NCBI GenBank assembly: GCA_040954595.2
Contig: CM082579.2
Coordinates: forward strand, 12,649,834 to 12,713,833
Length of the DNA stretch: 64,000 bases
Direction of reading: 5' to 3'
DNA from: Balanoglossus misakiensis
Taxonomy: Eukaryota; Animalia; Hemichordata
Numbering within the stretch: position 1 is the first letter of the stretch; each line of letters starts with the position of its first letter. The notes under the pieces are model-generated. The model made no database searches. It was not told the origin of the DNA and saw nothing but the letters and a program-made list of their open reading frames with translations. Position numbers and translations under genes: made by a program. Positions 12,426-25,634 of the stretch are shown piece after piece.

Positions 12426-14045
12426 GTAAACTAGACCTATGAATGCTGAGAGTATAGGTAAAAATATTTGTGTTCACAGATAGTTTTTAATTTGCAAGCT
12501 TTTAAAAGTAATGAATTATGAAGTTTTCCCATGGTGCCTTGCGTCACTGACAAAAGTGAACTTTAACATTTCATTTTTAAGATTTGATGTCACAATTAAT
12601 TGCAAAATATTGACAAAAAAATTTCCAGTTGTTTTAACCTTTTCACCACCGAGTCCTTGAACAGATTGGGCCTCAGACACCAAGCCCCTGGGGAATTTTA
12701 AGTAAATCTACTGTATTGTTTTTATCATAAGCTATGAAACATGACTTTCATAAGTAGTGCCCTCTGTAGGTGATGACATCATTCAGAGGTTTGTTAGAGG
12801 AAACCATTTTGTTTTTGTATATTCAACTTTTTTTCTAATGTTGTGCTTGGCCCGTTTTCAATGCAGTCACGTGAAGTTTAAAATGGCTGCCAAAATGTTG
12901 AGTGTGATTTCAGTTTTCCTCTCCAAGTCCTTAGTTGGTTCTGCCAAGTAATTTCAGACTGCGGGTCACTCATAAATATTTATCGTTTGATTAATATTCA
13001 TTATTATTCACAATTACTATTCATGTTTTCGATTACTACTACTACACAGTAATTGAGTTTTCATTCACAACTAATACAAAAGCAACAATCGCAAATATCT
13101 GAACCACTAAATACAGGAACTATTACTATTAGTAACTGTTCCACACCTCAGGCTTTCGTTCCTTCAACTGCTATATGGGCAAGCACCGGTTACAATTTTT
13201 ATCACTGTCAAACTAACGATAGGATTCTCAAGTGCCCATAATGACATTGCCATTTTTGTGTTGCGCTGAAATGTTGATACTTTACCAACACTGTGTTTCG
13301 ATACTATTATTCCCCATAGACTGATGAAATCCCTATTCTTTGAAATCTCAGCATAGACTGAGCACAAGTAATGACTATTGATATTGTTAACAGATGCGTA
13401 AGGACCAGAGTTCAGTTTTCAACAACAGGTAAACATTGCAAAATTCAACAGTGCCATATTCCATCTCCTAGTCCTTGAGTGGGAATATGGATTTGTTTGC
13501 CTGATTGCAAATCTAGGCATATACTGTGGCAGATACATTTGTATTAGTCCGTGGGCTGGAGGGGTCCACCGTGCACCCCCCCCCCCCCCATAACTCTACC
13601 ACTTGTGTATCTTTATGTCCTTTAGAACGTGCTTAACAAGAAAAAAGATGTTAACATTGAAAATTTTGGGTTGCACAACCCCTTCGGGGTGGTTTTTGAC
13701 TAGTATGTGCCGTTCGAAAGCGAAAAAATAGGTTGGGGTAGGGGATACTATATTCTCTCCTAAAAAAATAAAAGTAGCATGAAATTACATAAACCTTATA
13801 TTTTTAGAAAGTTTAGACACTGCTCTTTACGGGAAGCACAAACTTTAGTAAAAAAAATATTATGAATATTTAATTATATGAGTTTTAAATTAATTTTTTC
13901 GGAAATTATGAAAGTTTTCACTCAAAAGACAATGTAACAATTGTGATTTTCTTTTTGTGAAGCACATTTTTGACAACTTTTTAGGTTTGAATTATTTAAT
14001 TATATATATTAAACAAGAAAACAAATGTTAACATTGGTTATTTAA

Positions 14046-14647
14046 AGCCCCAGTATTTCTCGTGTGCATCCATTTTTCATCATCGAAAAAAGCCCGTTTT
14101 TCCAGTACATCCATCATGGAATACTATATAATGAAGATGTAAGAAAGGTTTGGGCAATTGTAGCTACATGCAAGCCGAAAATATCGCCCGTAACACTTGA
14201 AATGATGCGCGGGTTTGTTTACAACGGAAATGTTGTACATGTCGATCAGCAAACGTGCCACTTTGACATTTTGATGGTCAGACCATTTTCGGATTTGATC
14301 TGGTTCCATCGACTGATTTCTCCCATAAAGTTATCTTCCCAAAATTTCGCCGAATTAGTGCGCATTTCTTCGCTGAGTCGCTTGATTTGGGGCGACCAAC
14401 CTCTTCCGCATAGATTCACATTTGAGTGCGCATGCGCACTAGTCACGTGTGTCAACATTAGCCTGACTCACGTGACTTTCTGTCCGGACAGAAAGTCATT
14501 CTTCACTCGTTATATTGTAAATTGTATGAGTTTATCAGCAGAGCTGGGGATGATGACTGTTCGATTCAGTATCAATTATCATCTACTTTTAGAAATTATA
14601 GATGCCGTTTCAAACAAAATTTTGCCCCTACGAGAAATACTGTGGCT
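14046..14647. mobile_element. Non-autonomous Kolobok-type element inserted at TTAA in the Academ left TIR
   Basis: 18-bp TIR agccccagtatttctcgt / acgagaaatactgtggct, flanked by ttaa and tta. Absent from the sister repeat at 15017-15040 and from the right TIR. Confidence 0.75.
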
Positions 14648-15486
14648 TTACAATACAATACTTCTTTAGAGACACATTTGAAATGCATGTATCCTATGGG
14701 ATTACGCATGGTCTTGGGGTAGGGGGTACTATATCCTCTCCTACAACAATACAACTAGCCTCATAGTACATAAACTTTATATTTTTAGAAAGCTTAGACA
14801 CTCCTCTTTACGGAAAGTACAAACTTGAGTAAAATTAATTTTTGAATATTTAATTATATGATTTGTAAAGTAATTTTTTCGGCAATTTTGAAAATATTCA
14901 CCCCAAAGACAACGCAACAATTGTGATTTTCTTTTTGTGAAGCAATTATTTTGACAGCTTTTTAGGTTTGGATTATCTAATTCTATATATTAAACAAGAA
15001 AACAAATGTTAACATTAGTTATTTAACAATAAAACACTTCTTTAGAGACGACTTTGAAATACTTATATCCTATGGGATTACACATGGTCTTGGGGTAGGG
15101 GGTTCTATATTCTTTCCCAAAGGAAAAAAAATGGCATGAAACCCCATGCACCTTATATTTTTTTAAAAGCTGAGATACTGATCTATCTGAAGTATGCATG
15201 TTTAAGTAAAAAAACACGAATGTATAGAGTTAAATTACTTTAAATTGATTTTTTCTGGTAAATATAGTATTTTTACCTGGGAAAAAATCGAAAATGTGAT
15301 AACCATGGTTTCTTTCTAGTGAAATTTATCAAACAGACTTATGGATTTATTTGTAATTGTTATCCACCGAAGTAGCATACTTAACTTTGTTAAACTTCAA
15401 AAATGTGCATGGGGAAAACATTGGTGTAAGTGGTAAGTTTGAGAAGAAATTCAAAGGAAGCCTGAACCACCACCTCTTTTTCGTTT

Positions 15487-18400
15487 TCATTCTCTGTCTG
15501 ATTGATCACTATCTGAAGGTAGAAAATTTTGAGGTGCCGGCATATCCATTGAATCATCTTCATCAGAGCTATCTGCAGCCTTTTCAATGATGTCTGTCAG
15601 TTGAGGTGGTAAAATATCACCATCAATCCATAATGGTTCTATATGTCCATCAAAAGTCACCCAGCCGTGACTTTCAGTCGGGTCTGGAACATTTGGTTGA
15701 GCAATATGAGCTCTCTTCCAAATGAAGACCTGATAATTAACCCATTTGATGTGTTGTACCAGAGCTTTTCCGCATGGCGGAAGACTTCCAATGCCTACAT
15801 TGTTTGAAGGATTGATGATCTCTTCATCTGCAATTTTTTCTGACAAGATGCAAAATCACAGATCATCAACTTTTGTAATGCGATTTCTTCCGTACAAAGC
15901 ACATGTAAATGCTTCCAACTCCTCAATAATGTCATCCTGCAAAGTCCAGGAGTTGCCTAATTGTTCAAGTACAGAACAAAACCTAGGTATCCTCTGCAGA
16001 GTTTTAATGGGTTTCACTTTTCCTATTCCTTTGAAAGCACTTGTGCTATCACATCCAGTAAATGCGTGAATAGCCATCAAGGCTGTACAAATCGCTTGCC
16101 CATACCCTTGAGCTAGTTCACTGATGTTTATTAGCCTTTGTTTATTACCTGTGCCTGTGTCAAAGAGAAATGTGATACCTTCAAATGACATTGCATAATG
16201 CAAAAGGATGAAGAATATGTCACTGTCTGGACTATTAATTCTGATGTACTTGTACCCATTTTCTTTTCCATATTTACAGTAGAGAATAACCCTCGAATCT
16301 GTTTCTGCCTGGGTTGACATCAGATTTGTGATTTCTGTCTTTTCCATTGTGTTGCCATCTTCAGAGGTATGCATGACCTTCCTGAATTACTATCACCTGT
16401 CTGCCTTGTAACTTGCTCGAGAAGGAGGTTTTACTCCACACATCACACAAAACCTGAATGAATTGCTTTTTGTTTTCATCATTTGTCAGGAAAAGTTTCC
16501 AATCTGCAGGTTTCTTTGTGCTGTCACCTTTAATTATCAGTTTTTCACCACAGCCCCTTCTCTTTCTCTCCATGGATTTCACAGAATCGACTTTGTACAT
16601 GTCAGTACTGAAAACAATATCCATATTTTTCGGCATCATATCAAATACCTTACCACTGATTTGCCGAAAGTTACTGGGAATTTCCTTCATGAAATAGAAG
16701 TATGCATTACCATCTAAGATAGCAAGGGTGTCTTCATTTGGAGGTGGAGCTGCATCTTCAAGGTCTTTAGTGAGATAGCTAGCACCTTTTGACTTATCGG
16801 TTTATGCAAGAAAGCCATCGACTGTACATGTGCCAATACTGTACGGCACTGGAGTGAGTGGAAAAGACATTAGTTCTTTCATATCAAGTTGAAGTCCCTC
16901 ATGTCAGCATGTCAGCTATATTTAGTGTTGCGTTTAAATACAAGGATCGTTCATGTGCCGTTTTCACCCATCTCTGGTAGGAGTCATAATTGCTAAGAAG
17001 CCAGACAGTCCTGCTCCACTACCACCAGCTCCTCCATGACATTTGGCATGCTTAATGAACGTTTCATCCATGGCTTATCAACCGCACAACGATTACCTGG
17101 AATAAATGACCGGGCAACACTTATTGCACCCCTCTTAAGCAGACTATATTGAGAAGAATGTCAGATAACGAGCATAATTCTGACCATCGAAACTGAAAAA
17201 CAGATCAGCCATATTGAACAAACATTCTGCATACAGGAAAAAATCGTTAGTCTTGACTGCTTGTACTAGACTAAGAACAAGCCATACATGGTCAACATAG
17301 GACATCCAGAACTGAGCTGTTTTCCCAAGAAATCCCTGACGAACCTTGTCCCTGAACTTTAAATAGCCATCAAGATATTTGATAACATCTTCATCATGCA
17401 TTAACCCATCCATTTTTGTCTTATCAGTGATATTAATTAGACTGTCAAGTTTTGCAGAAGATGGTTGAGGGAGAGATTCAAGTGATTGGTCATCATTTTC
17501 AGACAGGTATTTCTCAAAGAGCAATCTCTCAAGACTTTCCATGATAATCTTGTGGCAGTGCATTGACCGTGCGTAATGTTTACCAGACAAAACACCATTC
17601 AAAGCGCCAGACCCTATAAGTCCAGCTTCAACAAGTACATCAAGAAACCCAGAGCCATTCATCTTCTTACCAATCATCTTGAAATACGCAAAGGCCAAAT
17701 GAAATGTGCCAATCAGTACAATATGGTTCCGATATTTTACAGGACTGTTCCATAAGATGGGGTAGGCCTTCATACACACACCTAAATCAAATGTTGTGAT
17801 TGCATATCGTTGGCCAACTTCATCTGTCGCTTGCTGAGCATATCTTAGGCATTCCTGAACTGTCTTGTAATCTGTTATTGGATGTGTGGTGACAGGATAG
17901 TAATTAATTGTTGTTAAGTTTGTTGGTCGCTCTCCAGTTTGTGATATAAATCCTGCCCAACCAGGGACCTCCTGACCTACCATGCCACACTGCTTTTCAT
18001 TCTAATTAAGAGCCAAACTAGGTTTTTCCTGGCAGAAAATCGAAAAGCTTTCTCACCCTCTACATATTTCCACTGTTTAATATCAAAACCTGGACTTTTA
18101 CGGTGAGAAATGTAGCTGTCTGGGAGGCTTTCATGCACATCAAGTCTGACAGAGTGTTCTCCACTTCTTTCTAGTGTAGGGATATCTGGAACAGTACCAC
18201 CCCAATTTTCATGGTGACCTTCCAAATCTTGCATCATTATCCCATGAGCAGTTTGTATAGATCCCATACCTGAAAGTTCATTGACCAACTGGTCAAAGTT
18301 ATCAAATTCAGAGTGGAAAACAGAGGGAGAATTTGGATTTCTCACTATTTGTGTAGTTATTAGCGCCAATGTTTTTTGCAGGGCCCTTGCAATGGCTGTC

Positions 18401-19756
18401 TCAAGTTCAAGGGAGAAAGTATAGCTTTCTGAATGTCAAAACTTGTTGATTAGTGTGATAAGCTCAGCACTTCTAAAGAGGTGACGCAGTGTCATGCATA
18501 TCAGAATGTGTTTAGGAAGTTTCCACAGACCATTTGTCACTGCTCTGCAGATATCCTGACCTATTGAGAATGCTATTCTCTTCACCTTTGGTGTTGTTTC
18601 ACTTTCTTTTCCTGTCAACAAAAACGTTAGGAACTTCTTAAGTGGTACTGGTACCACATCTTCCATATTTTGAAGATACTGTGCACTTGGAGGCCATGGC
18701 AAACTACTGGATCTTGAAAATGCATCAAGTATCGTCTTTCTGAGAAAAATGGCAACATCTTTTGTAGTGTCAACTACACCCAGTTCATAAGAAGACTTTA
18801 CTGCCGACTCTATATCAATTTGAGAGCTGTACACGAGATAGGAACGAAATGTACCTTTGTCATCAAGTTTACAGAATGACAATTTTGGCCCATACATTTC
18901 ATCATTCTCTATCTTAGTTTTTAATTTCTCCCCTCTGTAGTCTACATTTGGGAAAGTTGTGTTCTGAAGTGAGGACACATAAATAAGCCTTAGATCATTA
19001 AGCTTCATGATTTTTTTGTCACGTATTATATCAGTATAAATAACATGACACACTTTTGAAAATGCTTCTCTATTTCAAGATCCTTCTGCTTTTCGATTTC
19101 TGCTCTATCCGAGCTCCTCCATTGTATGGGATCTTGAATGTAATTAGCGCGACAACTTTTGTGATATTGTGCCTCACAGGCAAACAAATCAAATCCCCTG
19201 ATTCTAATAAGAAGTTGTTCATCATTTTTCTTTTCTGCAGAATCAAGAACATTCCTCCAACCACCAAACTCAAACTTTGACATGTTCTCTGTTGTCCACA
19301 AACCTTTAGTTTTTTACTTTTTTACAATCTTCTTTGTTACAAAAAATGCAATCCGATTCGAAATCACTCTGTCTTTTACAGATGCTGATGACTGAGTAAT
19401 GCGTGACGTACTAGCTTTTGACAATTGTTCGCAACTAGTCGTCAAACGTTTGAGATTCATTGTAAACCTTTGGTAACAATCACGATGGTAGCCATGCTCT
19501 CCAGTGAACACTCTTGGTATGAGATCACAAGCACCTTCCATCCTTAGAGATGACCCAACAGGTTGTGCAAGCCTTTGTGCACGTATATTTTCCAATCTGT
19601 TTTGTATTGCTACAGGGTCATCTGTATCATAAATAATGTGAATGATTCACATTTTGAACCGGGAAAGTGAACGACACAAGTCTGCTTTCTCTTACATATT
19701 TGACTGACAGGTTCATCTCCACTGTGCCTCAAGCGTTTCCTCTCAATTGGATCCAT
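15487..19756 (-). pseudogene. Academ transposase (DDE core plus XPG/PIN-like nuclease), fragmented by many frameshifts and stops
   Basis: Collinear ORF pieces: YHRDCY, EAQYHKSC, FDNFD, GWAGF, TFDLG, GTFH, YARY, AETDSR, SPDSDIF, HAFTGCDSTSAFKGIGK, LPPC..L..H, acidic tail. ATG at 19756. Confidence 0.85.
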
Positions 19757-21383
19757 TGTTCTCTACTGGAAATATCATGCATTAGTAAACCTGAAATATA
19801 AACCAGAACTATCATGTAGCTTAATCTTGGGATGACTTAATATTTGTATGTTTTCCCTAACTCTACTGAATACAGGTTCGTTGTACACTCAAATCTAGTG
19901 CGTCTACCTGATTATTTACTTTCTGCAGCTGTCATAAGACAACAGTCGTCTTTGCCTTTGAAAGGTAGAAAGGTGAATGGATAGAATCACTGGGTTGAGC
20001 GAAAATGACCATACAAGATAGAGTCACAGAAAAATACAAATATATTTATCAAGGTGAGGATATAAAACAGAGAGAATTCACCTGTTGCACTCACTGGAAA
20101 CCTGAAAAAGATACAAATTGAATACAAATTGAATAAAAATTGATACAAACCAAAAGTGTTGCATCAGCAACACAACTGCATCGTAAACTTCAAAAAACAT
20201 GTTTAGTTTGAATCCTGTATTTCTCAGCAAAGATGATGTTTTTGACCTAATAAAGTATATATTTTCTGTAAGCTGCTGTATACTTGAAAATTATGGAAAA
20301 TGTGTTTATTTCTGTCCTACTAATGAAAATACATAAGACACGTTTCACTAAGATTCTCTACGTGATTTCTGTTTGCAGATCACAAATCAGCCTACTCTCT
20401 CTATATTGCCGAAAACAATAATTTAAAAATCATTTATTTAAATTTTCAAGATTAATTTTACTAAAGCTTGTGCTTCCCGTAAAGAGCAGTGTCTAAGCAT
20501 TCTAAAAATATAAGGTTTATGTACTATGAAGCTAGTTTTATTGTTGTATGAGAGGATATAGTACCCCCTACCCCAAGACCATGCGTAATCCCATAGGATA
20601 CATGCATTTCAAAGTCGTCTCTAAATAAGTGTTTTATGGTTAAATAACTAATGTTAACATTTTTTTCTCTTGTTTAATATATAGAATTAAATAATTCAAA
20701 CCTAAATAGCTATCAAAAAATTGCTTCACAAAAAGAAAATCTCAATTGTTGCGTTGTCTTTTGAGTGAAAACTTTCATAATTTCCGAAAAAATTAATTCA
20801 AAAATCATATAATTAAATATTCATAATATTTTTTTATTAAAGTTTGTGCTTCCCGTAAAGAGCAGTGTCTAAACTTTCTAAAAATATAAGGTTTATGTAA
20901 TTTCATGCTAGTTTTATTTTTTAGGAGAGAATATAGTACCCCGTACCCCAACCGATTTTTCGCCATTTTGAACGGTACATACCATTCAAAAACCACCCCG
21001 GAGGGATAGTGCAACCCAAAATATTCAATGTTAACATCTTTTTTCTTGTTAAGCACGTTCTAAAGGACATAAAAATACACAAGTGGTAGAGTTATGGGGG
21101 GGGGTGCACTACATGGTTGTTTGGCATAATTGGGGGAGGGGCCGTATATTTAGAGTACAATCATGGGAATATGTTTCTTTGTCCTTACTACAGCTGGTTG
21201 TTTTTAGCTTTATGCACTTGTTTAGTTGTTAGATTCTTCCCAATTGAATTTTGATATCTTATTTGTATAAATTACACCCCCCCCCCTTCATATCGAATGG
21301 TCCACCTCCAAAAAATGTAATCATACACCCAGCTCAGCATTGACTGCTAATGAAATGTCAACCCGTCCCTATATCTCCAGCTA

Positions 21384-21534
21384 TAGCTCTGTTCAATGAC
21401 TGTTATTAAAATGTTAAATTCACTGCTAGCTTTGATAGACTAAATGCGACATTAACATGAGAGGACGTGTACTGATCTGAGTGAACAGATCCCGTGAGGA
21501 GTACGGTGCCCAGAGTACAAGCGTCCTAAAAGAG
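21384..21534 (-). repeat. Inverted second copy of the satellite-leader sequence at 27076-27227
   Basis: Near-identical reverse complement, including ttttaggacgcttgtactctgggcaccgtactcctcacgggatctgttcact. Confidence 0.8.
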
Positions 21535-21778
21535 TAATGCCACAGCTTTGTAGTCGGTGTGCGCATGAGGGGAATTTTCCACACAGTGCCAAAATTGAGT
21601 CTAACCGAGAGCATATTGTCATACTAAAACTGCCTACTCATTCATCATATTCCAACTGAGAGGTTTTTACAGCAGACGGTATAATCCTAACGTCCGAATT
21701 CGCACAGAAACTGCGTTGCCCTTTCGATCAACTGAACGGCCATCATGCATTTATAAAATATATGCATGCACAGCCCAA

Positions 21779-22458
21779 CAGCCTCGTTCGCGAACAACTC
21801 CTTCTCCACAGTGCAGCCAGTGGCGGATGGGGCCGTCGTATATTAATTGTGCTTCAAGCTGTGGACGTGGAATATGACTTGAGCTATGAATCGCACCAAT
21901 GTTGACATTTTGCTCTGACGAGAAACAAAAATTGTTTTGCCTAATGGGGAAAAGATCAGTCACATCAAGAGTGTTTCCCGAATGGCCTCGCTTTGTGGTT
22001 AAGATGAAATTCTCACTGGAACTATAACATTTCTACCGTCTGAAGTCCGGCAATTTTACACCAACACTAGTACAGCATTTTGCATCTGCGAGAAATTCAA
22101 TTCTCACAGTCAACCGGGTGTAGCCAATGTAAAAGACGGGAAAAGAGTATACAGATATAGATGCAAAGTGGGTAAACTATTTTCTCGCGACTGACTGCAA
22201 GAATTCAATATCTTGCAGATTCCTCGCTGGTTGACTGTGCAGACTTATTGCGAGAAAACAATTCTCACTGACCTATTGCGAGGAAGATTGTGTTCTCGCA
22301 TGCTTCATATGATGGTTCTCGCGGAACAGCAAAAAAATGCTGTTGCTAGTGCAATCTGTACACAAATGAACCATGTGACCATTTTGAACAAATTAACTTT
22401 GTGATGACGACCACCTTGCCCGCAGACTTTGCGAGCTGTACGTTCGCGAACGAGGCTG
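21779..22458. mobile_element. Small TIR element (17-bp TIR cagcctcgttcgcgaac)
   Basis: 21779-21795 is mirrored at 22442-22458. No TSD recognised. Confidence 0.55.
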
Positions 22459-24099
22459 GTAGGCGTAACTTCTTTGCAAAATTAGATACATGAGATGTAG
22501 TCCATGGGCCAGGACCCGATTTTTCATGAATTGGTATCAGAAAGATGGACAAAGCCTCATGTGGTTTTTTGGAAAGGCCTATATCTCTAGATTATAAATT
22601 GGGGTGATAGCCCTGCCTATCGAGTAGCTTTCTGCATTTTTTCCCTCAAAAACTAATGTAAGAACATAAAAATTTCCGACCCAAATTTTGGGGGTAGGGG
22701 AACTTTAAATTGCTGTATCTCCAGCAAAACTAAAGCCAGAACAGTCATTTACCACTCAAATTGTGTGTTTTTTAGAACTCTACCAATATAATATATTTTG
22801 GTGGTAATTCGTTTTGAATTGAGGTCAATAGAGGTCAAAAGGTCATGAAATTTGGGTCATTCTGAAAATTTGTAGTATGACTATTTCTTGAACGATAGTT
22901 TTGAACTTAAGTCTTTAAATGTCATTTACAAGATAAAATACTCTCCTAGAATGTATTTCAAACCAATAGAAAATCTTATTATTCATTTATGACCAGAAAA
23001 ACACAAATAAGGAGAAACGACAGAAAGACATCCAATTTTCCACTCAGATTTAAGGGTAGGGGAAACTTAAGTTCTTGTAACTCCGGCAAAAATAAACCCA
23101 GAACAGTCATCTACCACTCAAATTGTGTGTTTTTAGAACTCTACCAATATAATATATTTTGGTGGTAATTCGTTTTGAATTGAGGTCAGTAGAGGTCAAA
23201 AGGTCATGAAATTTGGGTCATTCTGAACATTTGTAGTATGACTATTTCTTGAACGATTTTTTTGAACTTAAGTCTTTAAATGTCATTTAGAAGATAAAAT
23301 ACTCTCCCAGAATCTATTTCAAACCAATAAAAAACCCTATTATTCAATTACGATCAGAAAAACACAAATACAGAGATACGGAAGAATGGCACAAGACTTC
23401 AGACCCTGATATTGGGGTAGGGGAAACTTAAGTAGTTGTAACTCCGGTCAAAATAAAGCCAGGACAGTCATCTACCTCTCAAATTGTGTGTTTTTTTAGC
23501 ACTCTAGCGATTGTATATGTATTTGTTGCAATTTTGTTCTGAATTTAGGTCAAAGAGGTCAAAAGATCACAAGATTTGGGTAATTTCGAAAAATTATGGT
23601 ACGAACATTTCCCGCATTAATTGTTTAAACCCAAGTCTTCAAATGTCATTTATGAGATAAAATACTCTATACCATTTTTTTCCGGACCAATTGAAGACCT
23701 TATTATTCAATTAAAATCAGAAAAAAAATTAGTAGAGAAACGGGATAATAACAAACAATTCCCACGGATTTTGGGGGTAGGTTTGGCCATCTAACAGGTA
23801 AGTATACACCCAACTGATCATGCACATATGGTGTTTAGGAGAACGGATGAGCAGATTTGTGAACCTTTGCATGCTGCTCATGTGCACTGTACTTGTATGA
23901 TGATTCCTAACAATACTACGAGAAGGGGCCATTATAGCATTGTAGCTCTGATTGTGTATTATTGTTGGATACCATCCTACAGTGTACAGGCACAGCAGAT
24001 GACAAGCCAAGCAAAGGTTCAAAAATCTGCTTATTTTTTTTCCTCAACACAATATGAGCATGATCTATTTATATTCAGGTCCAGTATAATAAATAAAAA

Positions 24100-24678
24100 A
24101 TGGCAAGCCCATCTTCTATTCCACACAAGAGGGCTCGACGGGATTGTTTTCTCGACTGTCATGAATCCGACCCTAAAGCAAGTCTCGTTACTCTACAAGA
24201 TCACGCCTCCTGGATAACTTTGCTGAATACAGCTAACATACAAAAATACAAACCAATTCAGGACCTCGCCATTGGTTTGGGCGAAGGTGAAATTCCTCAG
24301 GTGCAGTACCATCGGAAATGCCGAAGTCTCTTTACGATGAAAAAGGCTCTTGAATCTATCCTTTCTAAAGAGCAGTCGTCATCAACTGAGGGAACAAATA
24401 CACTGGAACGTGAAAAGAGGTCGAGCATACAAGGGTCTCGGGTGTACGATCATATTTGCCTATTTTGCTCCACCACCAAGTACATGAAGGGAAGTAGGAC
24501 AAGAGCTCCTTTATAGTTCGTTGTCAGCAATTGCGTACGGACAACACATTTAGGGAGGCAGCAACAAGAAAAAATGACAGTAAAATTCGTGCACTTCTCA
24601 GTCGTGAGTTGGTTGCTGCTGAGGGTCACTATCTTAGAAAGTGTTATAGGGACTATACAAGGCCTGATATTCAAGCAG
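24100..24678 (+). pseudogene. Academ transposase N-terminus, left-arm copy (frameshift near 24514)
   Basis: YHRKC..FT, CLFC and EGHY.RKCY motifs parallel the N-terminus of the 15487-19756 Academ transposase. Confidence 0.8.
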
Positions 24679-24679
24679 C

Positions 24680-25634
24680 GTAAGCAGGATTAGAGCAGAT
24701 GTGGTGATGATACTTTCATGTGATTGTTTTTCTGCTGCAAGAAGTTCTTTTCTTACAGCATTGTACTTCAGGACAACAGTACCTATATCTAGTGATGACG
24801 GATTTACAAGCACCCTACCATTTACATCATCCAAAAAAATCAATGTCCCTTTGAATTCCGTATTTAGCATATGCTGCAAGTTTTGTTGGTGGAATTGTTA
24901 ACCTGTTTAACACCAAGTTGGAGCATTTTGGTAACTAACTTGTTTGATAGATCAGTCAGGGGAACTACCTCAGGGTTTGTGAACAAATCATTTCTGATAA
25001 AAGAAAATAACTCTTCTTGAGCAATTTGCAGGACATCCTCATAACTAGTATCTTGATCATGTTGACTGTCATCAACCTCCATATGACTTGAACCTGCTCT
25101 ATGATAGTGACCCTCAGCAGCAACCAACTCAGGACTGAGAAGTGCACGAATTTTACTGTCATGTTTTCTTGTTGCTGCCTCCCTTAATGTGTTGTCCGCA
25201 CGCAATTGCTGACAACGAACTAAAGGAGCTCTTGTCCTACTTCCCTTCATGTACTTGGTGGTGGAGCAAAATATGCAAATATGATCGTACACCCGAGACC
25301 CTTGTATGCTCGACCTCTTTTCACGTTCCAGTGTATTTGTTCCCTCAGTTGATGACGACTGCTCTTTAGAAAGGATAGATTCAAGAGCCCTTTTCATCGT
25401 AAAGAGACTTCGGCATTTCCGATGGCACTGCACCTGAGGAATTTCACCTTCGCCCAAACCAATGGCGAGGTCCTGAATTGGTTTGTATTTTTGTATGTTA
25501 GCTGTATTCAGCAAAGTTATCCAGAAGGCGTGATCTTGTAGAGTGACGAGGCTTGCTTTAGGGTCGGATTCATGACAGTCGAGAAAACAATCCCGTCGAG
25601 CCCTCTTGTGTGGAATAGAAGATGGGTTTGCCAT
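24680..25634 (-). pseudogene. Academ transposase N-terminus, right-arm copy (36-bp deletion, frameshift near 24870)
   Basis: ORF 24864-25634 is nearly identical to ORF 24100-24516 and continues in the 24634-24879 frame up to the junction. Confidence 0.8.

Larger units (their letters stand above)
13545..21109 (-). mobile_element. Decayed autonomous Academ transposon with long, internally repetitive TIRs; right terminus clipped
   Basis: Starts tagtccgtggg. Left arm (13570-~14850, minus a nested insertion) is mirrored at ~20450-21109. The outer ~25 bp of the right TIR is missing. Confidence 0.85.

Noticed and set aside
15856-16374. Host FEN1/XPG nuclease gene
   Set aside because: The GCD..F.G.GK motif is part of the Academ transposase inside TIRs.
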